This document shows, one piece after another, positions 17,086 through 25,941 of a DNA stretch of 35,815 nucleotides (its first letter is position 1; each line of letters begins with the position of its first letter). Made by a program: the position numbers and the translations under genes. Under the pieces are notes generated by a model that made no database searches, was not told the DNA's origin, and saw nothing but the letters and a program-made list of their open reading frames with translations. Origin of the DNA: Methanomassiliicoccaceae archaeon (lineage in GTDB: Archaea > Thermoplasmatota > Thermoplasmata > Methanomassiliicoccales > Methanomethylophilaceae); contig JAIRJQ010000026.1 of the NCBI GenBank assembly GCA_031260545.1, positions 1 to 35,815 of the forward strand, written 5' to 3'.

Positions 17086-17822
17086 CACAGCACCTCCTTT
17101 ATTGTTATCGCATCCTTAGGACACACGTCCATGCATTTCTCGCAGCATACACATCTGTCGTTGTCAAATCTCGGAAGCTTTATCGGCTTTCCTTTATCGT
17201 TCACTCCGGCCTCATACATCTCCACCGCATCCGTAGGGCATACTTTTGCACATCTTTGGCAGCTTATGCACAGCTTCGCGTGGAGTTCCGGCCGGTCCAC
17301 TGAATAGAACGCAACATTCTTTCCCGTTTCCCCTCTTTTTACATCGGAGAGGAGCCGTTCCTCGAGGTGCACTTCCATCATCTCGGTGGCGTTGGGCCAT
17401 GCGAGCTTGCGCGGTCCGTATACCAGTTCCTCTCGCGTGTATGCCGCAAGTTCATAATCCGGCGTTACGATCATCGCATTCACAGGGCAGTATTCTGCGC
17501 AGTACCCGCACATCATGCATCTTCCGAGGAAGACCTGCGGCCTCTGCACCGTTTTTCCGTTATCGTCAGCATCGACGATATCGATGCACTTGGTCGGGCA
17601 CATACGTTCGCATATGCCGCATCCTATACATTTTTCGAACTTAAGACCGGGCCTTCCCCTGTAATTATCCGGGATCCACTCCTTTTCGTACGGATACATT
17701 ATCGTCACCGGACGATGGAGCGTGGTCTTGAACATTTTCTTCAGGGTCACCCACATCGGCTTCAGGACCCACAGTGATCTCCAGGCCTTCTTCGGATATT
17801 TATCCAAATACTTCAGCGGCAT
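17085..17822 (-). CDS. fpoI: Fpo/Nuo subunit I with an additional C-terminal 2x[4Fe-4S] ferredoxin-like domain (four CxxCxxCxxxCP motifs in total)
   Basis: The four motifs are CIGCGICERMCP, CMMCGYCAEYCP, CISCQRCAKVCP and CVCCEKCMDVCP. ATG 17822 overlaps the fpoH stop (TAATG). The ORF-track start at 18008 lies inside fpoH. Confidence 0.85.
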   Translation of the reverse strand: MPLKYLDKYPKKAWRSLWVLKPMWVTLKKMFKTTLHRPVTIMYPYEKEWIPDNYRGRPGLKFEKCIGCGICERMCPTKCIDIVDADDNGKTVQRPQVFLGRCMMCGYCAEYCPVNAMIVTPDYELAAYTREELVYGPRKLAWPNATEMMEVHLEERLLSDVKRGETGKNVAFYSVDRPELHAKLCISCQRCAKVCPTDAVEMYEAGVNDKGKPIKLPRFDNDRCVCCEKCMDVCPKDAITIKEVL

Positions 17823-19000
17823 TACAACCACCCTCCGTATGTTATCACCGCAGCGATCACAAGGTTGATCACCGACAGCGGCAGCAATACTTTCCAGCCT
17901 ATGTTCAGGATCTGGTCGGTCCTGACACGGCAGTGCGCCGCCCTGACCCATATGAACACGAAGAACACAAGGAACACCTTGAGCAGGAACACTATCTCGG
18001 GCAGCCAATCCTGCTGCATGCCGACGTCAAAGAACGGAAGGTACCATCCTCCCAGGAAGAGTATGACGATAAGCGCGCACGCAACGTAGCCTCTGAAATA
18101 GTCGCCTAACATTATAAGCCCCCATTTCATACCGCTGTACTCGGTCTGCCATCCTTCCACCAGTTCCGCCTCCGCTTCCGGAAGGTCGAATGGTATGCGT
18201 TCCGCCTCCGCTATCGCAGCGACTATGAACACTAAGAAACCAAGGATCTGCGGTATTATGAACCACATTGTTTCCGCCTGCATGTTCACAATATCGTTTA
18301 TATTGAAACTTCCCGCCATCAGCGCAACGGACGCGAAGACCAGTAATATCGGAACTTCATATGATATCATCTGAGCTGCCGCCCTCATGCCTCCCAGCAA
18401 CGAATACTTGTTGTTCTGCGCCCATCCTGCGACCAATATCATGAACGGTGCGATCGCGAACAGCCCGAATATCAACAGAAGACCTGTGTTATAGTCAACG
18501 ATGAACCATCTGTGGCTGAGCGGGATCATACACGCTAACAGTACGGACGTTCCGATGACGAGGGTCAGTGCCCACATGTATCCCTTCTTGTCCGCCTTGT
18601 CAGGCGTTATGTTCTCTTTCAGGAACGTTTTGAGACCGTCGGCAAGGTTCTGCAGATATCCGAGCGGACCGATGCGCGTTGCCCTTCGGTCCATCATCCT
18701 TCCGAGGACCTTACGTTCCTCCCATATCATTGTCAGATTAATGAGGAACGCGACCGCGAATATCACGACCACCATGAACACTATCGCGAAGAAGTTCGAA
18801 AGCAGGTCGCTTGATATCAGTGTGACGGAAAATCCGTTGCCCGGGAATATCAAATTGATCAGCCATGCCAGCGCTCCGCCGATCAGTTCCCAGAGCTTGT
18901 ATCCTATGTCATACGGCAAATTGTAAACTTTGTACGCATAGAACTCGTTGAGCATCGGATCATTGAACTTTACCCAATCTAATATGCTGCTGTACCCCAT
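17822..19000 (-). CDS. fpoH: Fpo/Nuo subunit H
   Basis: NuoH motifs are present (EERKVLGRMMDRR...GPLGYLQ, AEAELVEGWQTEYSGMKW). It carries a roughly 60-aa N-terminal extension with an extra hydrophobic segment. Confidence 0.9.
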   Translation of the reverse strand: MGYSSILDWVKFNDPMLNEFYAYKVYNLPYDIGYKLWELIGGALAWLINLIFPGNGFSVTLISSDLLSNFFAIVFMVVVIFAVAFLINLTMIWEERKVLGRMMDRRATRIGPLGYLQNLADGLKTFLKENITPDKADKKGYMWALTLVIGTSVLLACMIPLSHRWFIVDYNTGLLLIFGLFAIAPFMILVAGWAQNNKYSLLGGMRAAAQMISYEVPILLVFASVALMAGSFNINDIVNMQAETMWFIIPQILGFLVFIVAAIAEAERIPFDLPEAEAELVEGWQTEYSGMKWGLIMLGDYFRGYVACALIVILFLGGWYLPFFDVGMQQDWLPEIVFLLKVFLVFFVFIWVRAAHCRVRTDQILNIGWKVLLPLSVINLVIAAVITYGGWL

Positions 19001-19004
19001 GGTA

Positions 19005-20099
19005 TCACCTGTCCGTCTCCCCCAGACACATGTCCAGCGTTCCCATGATGGCAGGGATGTCCGCGATCCTCACACCTTCCACGAAGTGTTTCGATGCTGA
19101 CACGTTCACAAATATCGGGCTTCTTACTTTCAGGCGGTACGGTTTGTCGGTACCGTCTGAGATCAGGTACATCAGACTTTCGCCTCTCGGGTCCTCGAGC
19201 CGTGCGAAGTGTGTGCCTGCAGGTACCTTTCTTGGCACTTTGAATCTTACGGGGTCCGTTCTCGGCAGCCCCTTGAGCTTTACCATCGCCTGCCTTATTA
19301 TCTCGCAGCTTTGGAACATCTCCTCTATCCTGACCGCATATCTTGCATACGCATCCCCGTCCTTTGAGACCGCCACCTCCCAATCGAGCTGGTCATAATT
19401 GCAGTACGGGTCGTCGCGCCTTATATCGAAGTCCACGCCGCTTCCCCTCATGACCGGTCCTGTGAGACCGTAATTGGCCGCATCCTTGCGGTTTATGACG
19501 CCGACGCCCCTCATCCTCGAAAGGAATATGGACGAACCGTCCATCATTGCGACTATCTCCCACATCACCTTCTCGAAGCGGTCTACGACCCTCATACAAT
19601 CCCTTTCGAATAAGTAGGGCATGTCATTCCTTACCCCTCCTATGCGCGGATAGTTCGTCGTCAGCCTTTGACCGCATAACTTTACGTTGAGATCAAGGAA
19701 AAATTCTCTTTCCCTGAGCGCCCAAAGGAATATTGTCAGGTTCCCGAGGTCGGTGCCCATGGCGGCCAGCCACATCAGGTGCGACTGTATCCTGCATATC
19801 TCGTCGGCAATGACGCGCAGATATTTCGCGCGGTCCGAGAGTTCAACTTCCAGGGCCTCCTCCACTACTTTACAGTAAACGTGCGCCCATGTCATTGATG
19901 CCGAATAGCACAAACGGTCGGCCATCGGTATGATCAAAGGATACGTCCTGTTCTCGCATTCCTTTTCCCAGCCGCGGTGCAGATATCCTACGACCGGTTC
20001 TGCCTCTTTGACTATCTCTCCGTCCGCCCTTATCTTTAATGTCCACAATCCGTGCGAGAACGGGTGCTGCGGCCCCATTGTTATCCACATGTCCGCCAT
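19005..20099 (-). CDS. fpoD: Fpo/Nuo subunit D
   Basis: MGPQHPFSHG, YLHRGWEK and the C-terminal DMCLGETDR are typical NuoD. Its start overlaps the fpoC stop by 1 nt. Confidence 0.92.
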   Translation of the reverse strand: MADMWITMGPQHPFSHGLWTLKIRADGEIVKEAEPVVGYLHRGWEKECENRTYPLIIPMADRLCYSASMTWAHVYCKVVEEALEVELSDRAKYLRVIADEICRIQSHLMWLAAMGTDLGNLTIFLWALREREFFLDLNVKLCGQRLTTNYPRIGGVRNDMPYLFERDCMRVVDRFEKVMWEIVAMMDGSSIFLSRMRGVGVINRKDAANYGLTGPVMRGSGVDFDIRRDDPYCNYDQLDWEVAVSKDGDAYARYAVRIEEMFQSCEIIRQAMVKLKGLPRTDPVRFKVPRKVPAGTHFARLEDPRGESLMYLISDGTDKPYRLKVRSPIFVNVSASKHFVEGVRIADIPAIMGTLDMCLGETDR

Positions 20100-20575
20100 T
20101 ATTGCTGCCCCCTTAGTTTGTAGGACTTCCTGAACGGGAAGAACTCGTAGTTCTGCGGTGTTAGTAACCGTTCCAGTTTCGGATGCCCGTCGAATATTAT
20201 CCCGAATAATTCGTATGTCTCGCGTTCATGCCAGTCCGCGCCCTCCCAAATAAGTGCGACGGAATCTATGTGCGGATCGTCGTTCGGAACGTCCACGGTT
20301 ATTTCGACCATCACGCCGTTGCTGTAGTTCGACAGATGGTAGACCACCTGTAAATGGTCCACCCAGTCCACGCCGCAGACCGATGATGCCTGTTCGAAAT
20401 TAAGGGCGTCCCGCAAATATTTGCATACTCCGTGTATAGCTTCTCTGTCGCAATTAAAATGGACTCTGCGCGGCGCCACCTTTCTTACGGTGATGTTGGG
20501 AGAGAACACCCTTGTCACATCCCCTGCGATATGCTCTACGGAAGGAGCTTCAATGAAATCTTTTGTATCCACCAT
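20099..20575 (-). CDS. fpoC: Fpo/Nuo subunit C
   Basis: WHERETYELFGIIFDGHP is the NuoC signature. ATG 20575 lies 2 nt after the fpoB stop. Confidence 0.9.
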   Translation of the reverse strand: MVDTKDFIEAPSVEHIAGDVTRVFSPNITVRKVAPRRVHFNCDREAIHGVCKYLRDALNFEQASSVCGVDWVDHLQVVYHLSNYSNGVMVEITVDVPNDDPHIDSVALIWEGADWHERETYELFGIIFDGHPKLERLLTPQNYEFFPFRKSYKLRGQQ

Positions 20576-20577
20576 GC

Positions 20578-21141
20578 TCAGTCCTCCATGAACACTCCTC
20601 TTTCGAAGTAACTCGTTATCTTCTGCTGGAGTAACATAAAACCGTCGATCATCGCATCCGGCTTTGCCGGGCATCCGGGGATATAAATATCCACCGGCAC
20701 TATCTGGTCCGTCCCCTGGACGATGTTGTACGAGTCATACCAGGGACCTCCGGATATGGCGCATTCGCCCATCGCCACCACCCACTTGGGCGCAGGCATC
20801 TGCTCATAAAGCCTCCTTATGTCTGGACGCAGTTTTTTGGATATCCACCCGTTTATCAGAAGCACGTCGGTCTGTCTGGGGCTCGAACGGTATATCGTTC
20901 CCAAACGTTCCGCGTCGTATTTCGTGTTGGATGCCGCTGCCATTTCCAGCGCGCAGCATGCCAGCCCGAAATGTAACGGGTGTATAGAATTTTTCATAGC
21001 CCATGTCCATATCGGCCCCGTGAGACCGTCCACGATCCTCTTTGTTCCGGCACTAAGCATGTTGTTGATCATCGCCGATGACCATGACATGAATTCACCT
21101 GCGCTCATCGCGACAGCGTGCGGATACAGACTCATATCCAT
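20578..21141 (-). CDS. fpoB: Fpo/Nuo subunit B (N2 cluster subunit)
   Basis: GLACCALEM, MGECAISGGP and IPGCPAKP provide the N2 cluster cysteines. The start is 21141 or 21135, next to the fpoA stop at 21132. Confidence 0.9.
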   Translation of the reverse strand: MDMSLYPHAVAMSAGEFMSWSSAMINNMLSAGTKRIVDGLTGPIWTWAMKNSIHPLHFGLACCALEMAAASNTKYDAERLGTIYRSSPRQTDVLLINGWISKKLRPDIRRLYEQMPAPKWVVAMGECAISGGPWYDSYNIVQGTDQIVPVDIYIPGCPAKPDAMIDGFMLLQQKITSYFERGVFMED

Positions 21142-21494
21142 ATCTTTCCCTCCCTTTTCAGCGCATATGCGACACCGATCATAAGGATCGCAAGGAACAC
21201 GATGACCCACGATTTTGCCGTTAACGATAGGTCTGTGAACACTACCGCCCATAGCATGAGGAATGTCGCCACAAGATCAAAAACCACGAAAATGATACCG
21301 AATACGTAGTATTGGAACTTGAACTGGACACGCGCATCACCTATCGGCTCGGAACCGCACTCATATGTGGTGTCCCTCCATTGCGATGGTCTGTTCGGTC
21401 TGAAAAATCTGGAGAAGAACCACGCTAGCGGAGAGAACGCGATAGCGACTACCGCGAGGACCACTAAGGGTAGGTATTCTGCAATTAATGACAT
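21132..21494 (-). CDS. fpoA: Fpo/Nuo subunit A
   Basis: NuoA-like YECGSEPIGDARVQFKFQYYVFGIIFVVFD is present. ATG 21494 lies about 26 nt from a TATA element, suggesting a leaderless mRNA. An alternative ATG is at 21506. Confidence 0.85.
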   Translation of the reverse strand: MSLIAEYLPLVVLAVVAIAFSPLAWFFSRFFRPNRPSQWRDTTYECGSEPIGDARVQFKFQYYVFGIIFVVFDLVATFLMLWAVVFTDLSLTAKSWVIVFLAILMIGVAYALKREGKIWI

Positions 21495-21515
21495 TGAATC
21501 GGTCATGTCTTGTAA

Positions 21516-21525
21516 TTATATAAAA
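21516..21525 (-). promoter_or_regulatory. TATA box candidate (minus strand TTTTATATAA) for the fpo operon
   Basis: It lies in the 133-nt divergent fpoA/proC intergenic region, centred about 26 nt upstream of ATG 21494. Confidence 0.45.
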
Positions 21526-21639
21526 GTTCCACGAAAAAATTATTTTTCGCGCGTTGCATATGATTAATAATATGTGAAACGTTACTTGCAGGGGCAGGAT
21601 TTATTAACGGACACCGCAATCGCGCATCCGGTGCAATTA

Positions 21640-22446
21640 ATGAGCAAAAAGATCGGATTCATAGGCGCTGGCAACATGGCCGAAGCATTGATGAAGGGCG
21701 TCATATCCACAGGACTTTACACAGCTGATGAGATAACGGCGAGCGAAGTGTACGAGCCCCGAAGGAAGTACATAAAAGATACGCTGAATGTGGATGTTCA
21801 TGCGGACAATGTAAAAGTTGCGAAAGCCGCGAAATTCATAGTGCTTGCGGTTAAACCGCAGCAGGTGAAAGAGGCACTCGCGTCAATGAAAGGGCATCTG
21901 ACCAAGGAACATCTGATCATGTCGATAGCTGCAGGGGTCACCACTGCAACCTTGGAATATAATGAGCCAGCATGTCGTTTTGTGCGTGTTATGCCCAATC
22001 AGCCGTGCATGGTATTGGCATCCGCATCCGCATTTTCGCGCGGTTCTGCGGCAACTTCCGAGGACTGTGCGCTTGTTGATAAGGTTTTGAAAGCGGTAGG
22101 TGTTTCCTACGAGGTGAACGAGGACCTTTTGGACGCCGTGACCGGACTGAGCGGCAGCGGGCCCGCCTATGCGTACATGATCATCGAGGCGCTCTCCGAC
22201 GGCGGGGTGCTCATGGGACTTCCGAGGGACGTTTCCACGAAGCTTGCTGCGCAGACATTGCTGGGTGCCGCCAAAACGATACTGGAAACAGGAGAACAGC
22301 CGGGAAAGATGAAGGACATCGTATGCTCTCCGGGAGGAACGACCATCGAGGCTGTGAAAGTATTGGAGGACTGCGGCCTCAGGTCTGCGCTTATAAATGC
22401 TGTGGAAGCGGCCGCGATGAGATCCAAGGAACTGGGAAAAAAGTGA
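21640..22446 (+). CDS. proC: Pyrroline-5-carboxylate reductase
   Basis: [14 protein letters not shown] Rossmann motif, [15 protein letters not shown] and [10 protein letters not shown] are present. GGTG lies 6 nt upstream of ATG 21640. Confidence 0.9.
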   Translation: MSKKIGFIGAGNMAEALMKGVISTGLYTADEITASEVYEPRRKYIKDTLNVDVHADNVKVAKAAKFIVLAVKPQQVKEALASMKGHLTKEHLIMSIAAGVTTATLEYNEPACRFVRVMPNQPCMVLASASAFSRGSAATSEDCALVDKVLKAVGVSYEVNEDLLDAVTGLSGSGPAYAYMIIEALSDGGVLMGLPRDVSTKLAAQTLLGAAKTILETGEQPGKMKDIVCSPGGTTIEAVKVLEDCGLRSALINAVEAAAMRSKELGKK

Positions 22447-24189
22447 TCATCTTTTCCTGAATGCACCCTTTATCATCCCGATGATGATGCGCGGCGAATT
22501 CGACCATACCGATCCCGTTTTCCATTCGATGTCGTCCTTATTGCATACGGTCGAGTGCATTAACTTCTCTCCTTCTTCCTTTATCGACCATAATTCCTTC
22601 TCGCGCTCGCGCGTGTCGTTAATTAACAGAATATCATCTATTCTTTTCAGCATCATCTTTGCCGTGTTCGTTCTTTCGACCCGCGATGCGTACATCTCAT
22701 CCGACGACCGTCCGCATTCGTGCTCCTCGTACGCCAATCTTAACGCTGCATCATATGACGTTTCCGCGATCTCGTCACGGGTCATCCATTTTGTCTCATA
22801 CGAAAGGACATGTTTCCATGACGGATTGTCCAATAATCGTCTATGCTCCTCCAGCGTTCTGGCGAAAAATCTGTATCCCCATCTTTCCGGGTCTTCGAAC
22901 GCTCTGCTTCCGGGATCCACGAACGGGGCGAACGGGGCGTTATAAATGAACAAATTATCCTTTTTATCAACGATGCTCCATAACTTCTTCGCCGCTCCGG
23001 CACTTTCGATCGCTGACCCGCGGGTCTGTCCAGGGAGGCCGGTCATATAGAACAGATCGAACCTTCCGCATCCGTTGGCGAACGCGTTCTGTATCGTTCT
23101 TTCGATGGATGCGTTATCATAATTCCTTCCTGTGGCGTAACGCACCGGTTCGTCGTGCGAGCCGGGAGAGAACTCCATTGTGTATTCTTCCAGAGAATTG
23201 TTCGCCATTTCATAAAATTCCTCGCCTGCGGGCGTGAACAGCTCGAGGACCACATGATTCTTTATCTTCCGTTCTTTTATTTCTTTGAAGAGGCGTTCCG
23301 CATATCCGTTGCCTGCCTGCCTCAGATCTCCGACGACGAATATGGGCGACCTCAGATAATCCTGTATGATGCTCATATCCTCCGCGACCTTTTCCGGGCT
23401 TCTGAATGCCGGGCGGTCACGGCATAATATCCTGGCATTGGCGAAGCTTGAGCCTCCGCATTCGGCACAGTTGTGCGAACACCCTCTTACCGTAAAAACA
23501 GATGTTAACGGCAGCTTGTCCCAATTCAGCCACGGAAGGGCGCTTTTGAGGTCCCTGTGCCTTATCACATTCTTTATCACCGTTCCGTAATCGAATCTCA
23601 GCCAGTCCAGATCATCCGGGATGAATGATATATTGTTCGTGTGCATCCTGCCGTCCTTGTCCTTCCATGTTAAATTCGGAACATCCGACAGGTCTCCGCC
23701 TTTTGTGAGCACGTCCATGAGCTTTATGTGCGGTATCTCGGTGGACTCGCCGCGCATCACCATATCGACCTCCGGCCTTCTTATCAGTTCTTCGTGGAAG
23801 TATGATGATGTGAACCCTCCCAATTCGACGATCGAATCCGGATGATACTTTTTCACAAGCTTTGCAACTTCGAGTGCGCCGTGCGCATGCGGCATCCAGT
23901 GCAGGTCTATTGCAAAAACCTTGGCATCAAGTTTCTCTATCATCCGTTCCGCGCTGAATTTGCTGCTTTGGAGCATCCTGACCGCGAGATTGACTATGCG
24001 CGTTCTGTATCCAGCTGCCTCCAGATGCGCCGATATCGTCATGAAACCTATGGGATACATCTCGAATACCGGCGATGACGGAATGACGTCGCTCACAGGC
24101 CCGTAGAATATCGGTTTTTTCCGGAAGTCGTACACGCTCGGCGCGTGCAGGAATATTATGTCTGCGGCCATTTCCGTTCCCACTAACAT
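22447..24189 (-). CDS. B12-binding-domain / radical SAM protein (class B-like architecture), function unassigned
   Basis: An N-terminal Rossmann-like B12-binding-type domain (IIFLHAP...IDLHWMPHAHGA) is followed by the radical SAM motif CSHNCAEC (about 23455-23485) and a long C-terminal domain. The start lies 13 nt downstream of the uppS stop. An alternative start is at 24171. Confidence 0.75.
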   Translation of the reverse strand: MLVGTEMAADIIFLHAPSVYDFRKKPIFYGPVSDVIPSSPVFEMYPIGFMTISAHLEAAGYRTRIVNLAVRMLQSSKFSAERMIEKLDAKVFAIDLHWMPHAHGALEVAKLVKKYHPDSIVELGGFTSSYFHEELIRRPEVDMVMRGESTEIPHIKLMDVLTKGGDLSDVPNLTWKDKDGRMHTNNISFIPDDLDWLRFDYGTVIKNVIRHRDLKSALPWLNWDKLPLTSVFTVRGCSHNCAECGGSSFANARILCRDRPAFRSPEKVAEDMSIIQDYLRSPIFVVGDLRQAGNGYAERLFKEIKERKIKNHVVLELFTPAGEEFYEMANNSLEEYTMEFSPGSHDEPVRYATGRNYDNASIERTIQNAFANGCGRFDLFYMTGLPGQTRGSAIESAGAAKKLWSIVDKKDNLFIYNAPFAPFVDPGSRAFEDPERWGYRFFARTLEEHRRLLDNPSWKHVLSYETKWMTRDEIAETSYDAALRLAYEEHECGRSSDEMYASRVERTNTAKMMLKRIDDILLINDTREREKELWSIKEEGEKLMHSTVCNKDDIEWKTGSVWSNSPRIIIGMIKGAFRKR

Positions 24190-24202
24190 TGTTCTGTATT
24201 TA

Positions 24203-24982
24203 TTATTGTCCGAACCTTCTGGAACGCTGCTGGTATGATCTTATCGCACGCATGAAGTCCATTTTCCTGAATCCCGGCCAGTATACGTCCGCAAAATATA
24301 ATTCCGAATAGGCAAGCTGCCACAGCAGGAAATTTGATACGCGCAGTTCGCCGGATGTCCTCAGCACAAGATCCGGATCGGGGAGCCCGGGCGAGTACAT
24401 GTGGTCGGATATCAGCGATTCGCTGATATCTTCGATCTTAAGTTCATCGCATTTCACTTTCTGCGCTATGTTCCTTATCGCATCCCTTATCTCTTGCCTT
24501 CCGCTGTACGCTATCGCCATGTTCAGATAGAACTCTGAATAACCGGAGGTGGATTCCTCTGCGTGCCTTACCGCCTCCGCGACGTTGTCGGGCATCATGC
24601 TTATGTCGCCGATGACCTTCAGTTTGACGCGGTTCCTGTGTATCCGTTCATCTTTCGAAAAATCGATGAGCGTCCTTTCCAGAAGGTCCATTAAGAACTC
24701 TACTTCCTCTTCCTTCCTTGAAAAGTTCTCTGTTGAGAATGCGTACACCGTGATCACCCGTACGCCGAGATCGACGCACCAATCCAGCATCTCCTCGAGT
24801 TTCTCTTTTCCTTTGAGATGTCCCTGAGTGATGTCCGCCTTTAGCGTCTCTTCCGCATACCTCCGGTTGCCGTCCATTATTACCGCTACGTGCTTAGGTA
24901 TGCGGCCCTGCTTCACTTCCTTTTCAAGCTTTTGCTCATAGCGGCCGTATGCCGTCCCTTTGAGGATATCCTGTATCGCCAT
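24203..24982 (-). CDS. uppS: cis-Prenyltransferase (undecaprenyl/dolichyl-type diphosphate synthase)
   Basis: HVAVIMDGNRRYA, YAFSTENFSR, RTSGELRVSNFLLWQLAYSELYF and a C-terminal RRFG are present. Confidence 0.92.
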   Translation of the reverse strand: MAIQDILKGTAYGRYEQKLEKEVKQGRIPKHVAVIMDGNRRYAEETLKADITQGHLKGKEKLEEMLDWCVDLGVRVITVYAFSTENFSRKEEEVEFLMDLLERTLIDFSKDERIHRNRVKLKVIGDISMMPDNVAEAVRHAEESTSGYSEFYLNMAIAYSGRQEIRDAIRNIAQKVKCDELKIEDISESLISDHMYSPGLPDPDLVLRTSGELRVSNFLLWQLAYSELYFADVYWPGFRKMDFMRAIRSYQQRSRRFGQ

Positions 24983-25932
24983 CAGACAAAGTCCTCCGGG
25001 ACGCCGGCCGCCCGTATGCCCAGATCAAAACATCCGATCGCCGCCACGGCACCGATCGTTCCCTTCTTTCCTGTTATCTCGAAAACGCGGACGCCGCATT
25101 TTTCTGCGACCCTGAGCGCATCATCCACTTCGTATATCGTCCGTTTGGCGTCCCATCCGAACTCCTCGAGCTCTTTCGGAATCCTTAATCCTTCGAAAAC
25201 GGTCATAACGGTCTCCGAGGAGTATGTGTTGTCGGCCATGTACTTCCTGGCGAAATCCACCAGCTTTTCAATCTCATCCGGCCTTACTGCGAACGCTACG
25301 GCCGTGGAACAGCAGTTTGTCGTTTTGTTAGGGACTTTCGGGTTAAGCTGTATTATCTTGTGGTCAAGATACCGTCCTACCGGACAATCTCTTCCGAACT
25401 TCATCATCGTCACCCATGACGCTCCCTTTTCTTTTGTATCGGTGTCGTCCACACCGACGATAACGCGCACCATCTTCGGTGTTATTATCTCCACTTCGGC
25501 ACGATGCGCTCCGCCTATCTTGAAATCGTCTGGGTATATTGTTTCTATGACGTCGTCGCATTGCGGTATGCATGCCCCTATCCCGACGGTCGCGCCCGCA
25601 AGGCCCATCCATTTTGTGTGCACCCGATCTCCTTTCACAAGCAGCGAATATATTCCTTGTCCGCCCATTTCCGATGAGACGGGGCCGAAATTCATCGGCG
25701 CTTCGCCGATGAGGGCATCCATTATTATTGTGGCACCATCGTTGCGTATGTCCTTCAATACCCCTCCGGTCCTTTTTCTGTTGACTATGTCCCATTCGAC
25801 CGGACCGCGTGAAACGCATTTTTCGATTATCTGTGCAACGCCGTTCTCCTCATCGACCATTGTAAAGAAACCTTGACAGAACAGCTTACCGTACTTCTCC
25901 CTGACCTGGTCAGGTCTGAGTGTCGTTGGCAT
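24982..25932 (-). CDS. Two-domain protein: unknown N-terminal domain (about 150 aa) plus a TiaS N-terminal kinase-like (TCKD/DUF1743-like) domain; possibly methanogenesis-marker-11-like
   Basis: The C-terminal half carries VGVDDTDTKEKG, IIQLNPKVPNKTTN and KKGTIGAVAAIG. From memory, these resemble the GIDDTDS, RLNPxIPxKTRGN and KKGRGxIGAxAA motifs of agmatidine synthase TiaS. No OB-fold or zinc ribbon is present. Its stop overlaps the uppS ATG by 1 nt. Confidence 0.5.
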   Translation of the reverse strand: MPTTLRPDQVREKYGKLFCQGFFTMVDEENGVAQIIEKCVSRGPVEWDIVNRKRTGGVLKDIRNDGATIIMDALIGEAPMNFGPVSSEMGGQGIYSLLVKGDRVHTKWMGLAGATVGIGACIPQCDDVIETIYPDDFKIGGAHRAEVEIITPKMVRVIVGVDDTDTKEKGASWVTMMKFGRDCPVGRYLDHKIIQLNPKVPNKTTNCCSTAVAFAVRPDEIEKLVDFARKYMADNTYSSETVMTVFEGLRIPKELEEFGWDAKRTIYEVDDALRVAEKCGVRVFEITGKKGTIGAVAAIGCFDLGIRAAGVPEDFV

Positions 25933-25941
25933 TTCATACCC

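Noticed and set aside
17823-18008. 62-aa N-terminal extension of the fpoI ORF, and similar upstream extensions of proB, proA, fpoB, fpoC, fpoM, proC, kptA and e2b2
   Set aside because: These extensions run into the preceding gene. In each case an internal ATG sits at or next to the upstream stop and restores the family-typical N-terminus.
336-22446. Separation of proBA (336-2814) from proC (21640-22446) as a sign of rearrangement
   Set aside because: Unlinked proC is common in prokaryotes. Nothing in the sequence, such as repeats or mobile elements, marks a rearrangement boundary.
24890-25876. 328-aa plus-strand ORF antisense to the TiaS-like gene and the uppS 5' end
   Set aside because: It is a shadow frame of well-supported minus-strand genes, with low-complexity Ser/Pro/Thr-rich composition. 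The same reasoning applies to 29980-30948, 26566-27345, 32191-32925, 5246-6040, 3606-4229, 16176-16763 and the many short antisense ORFs in the track.
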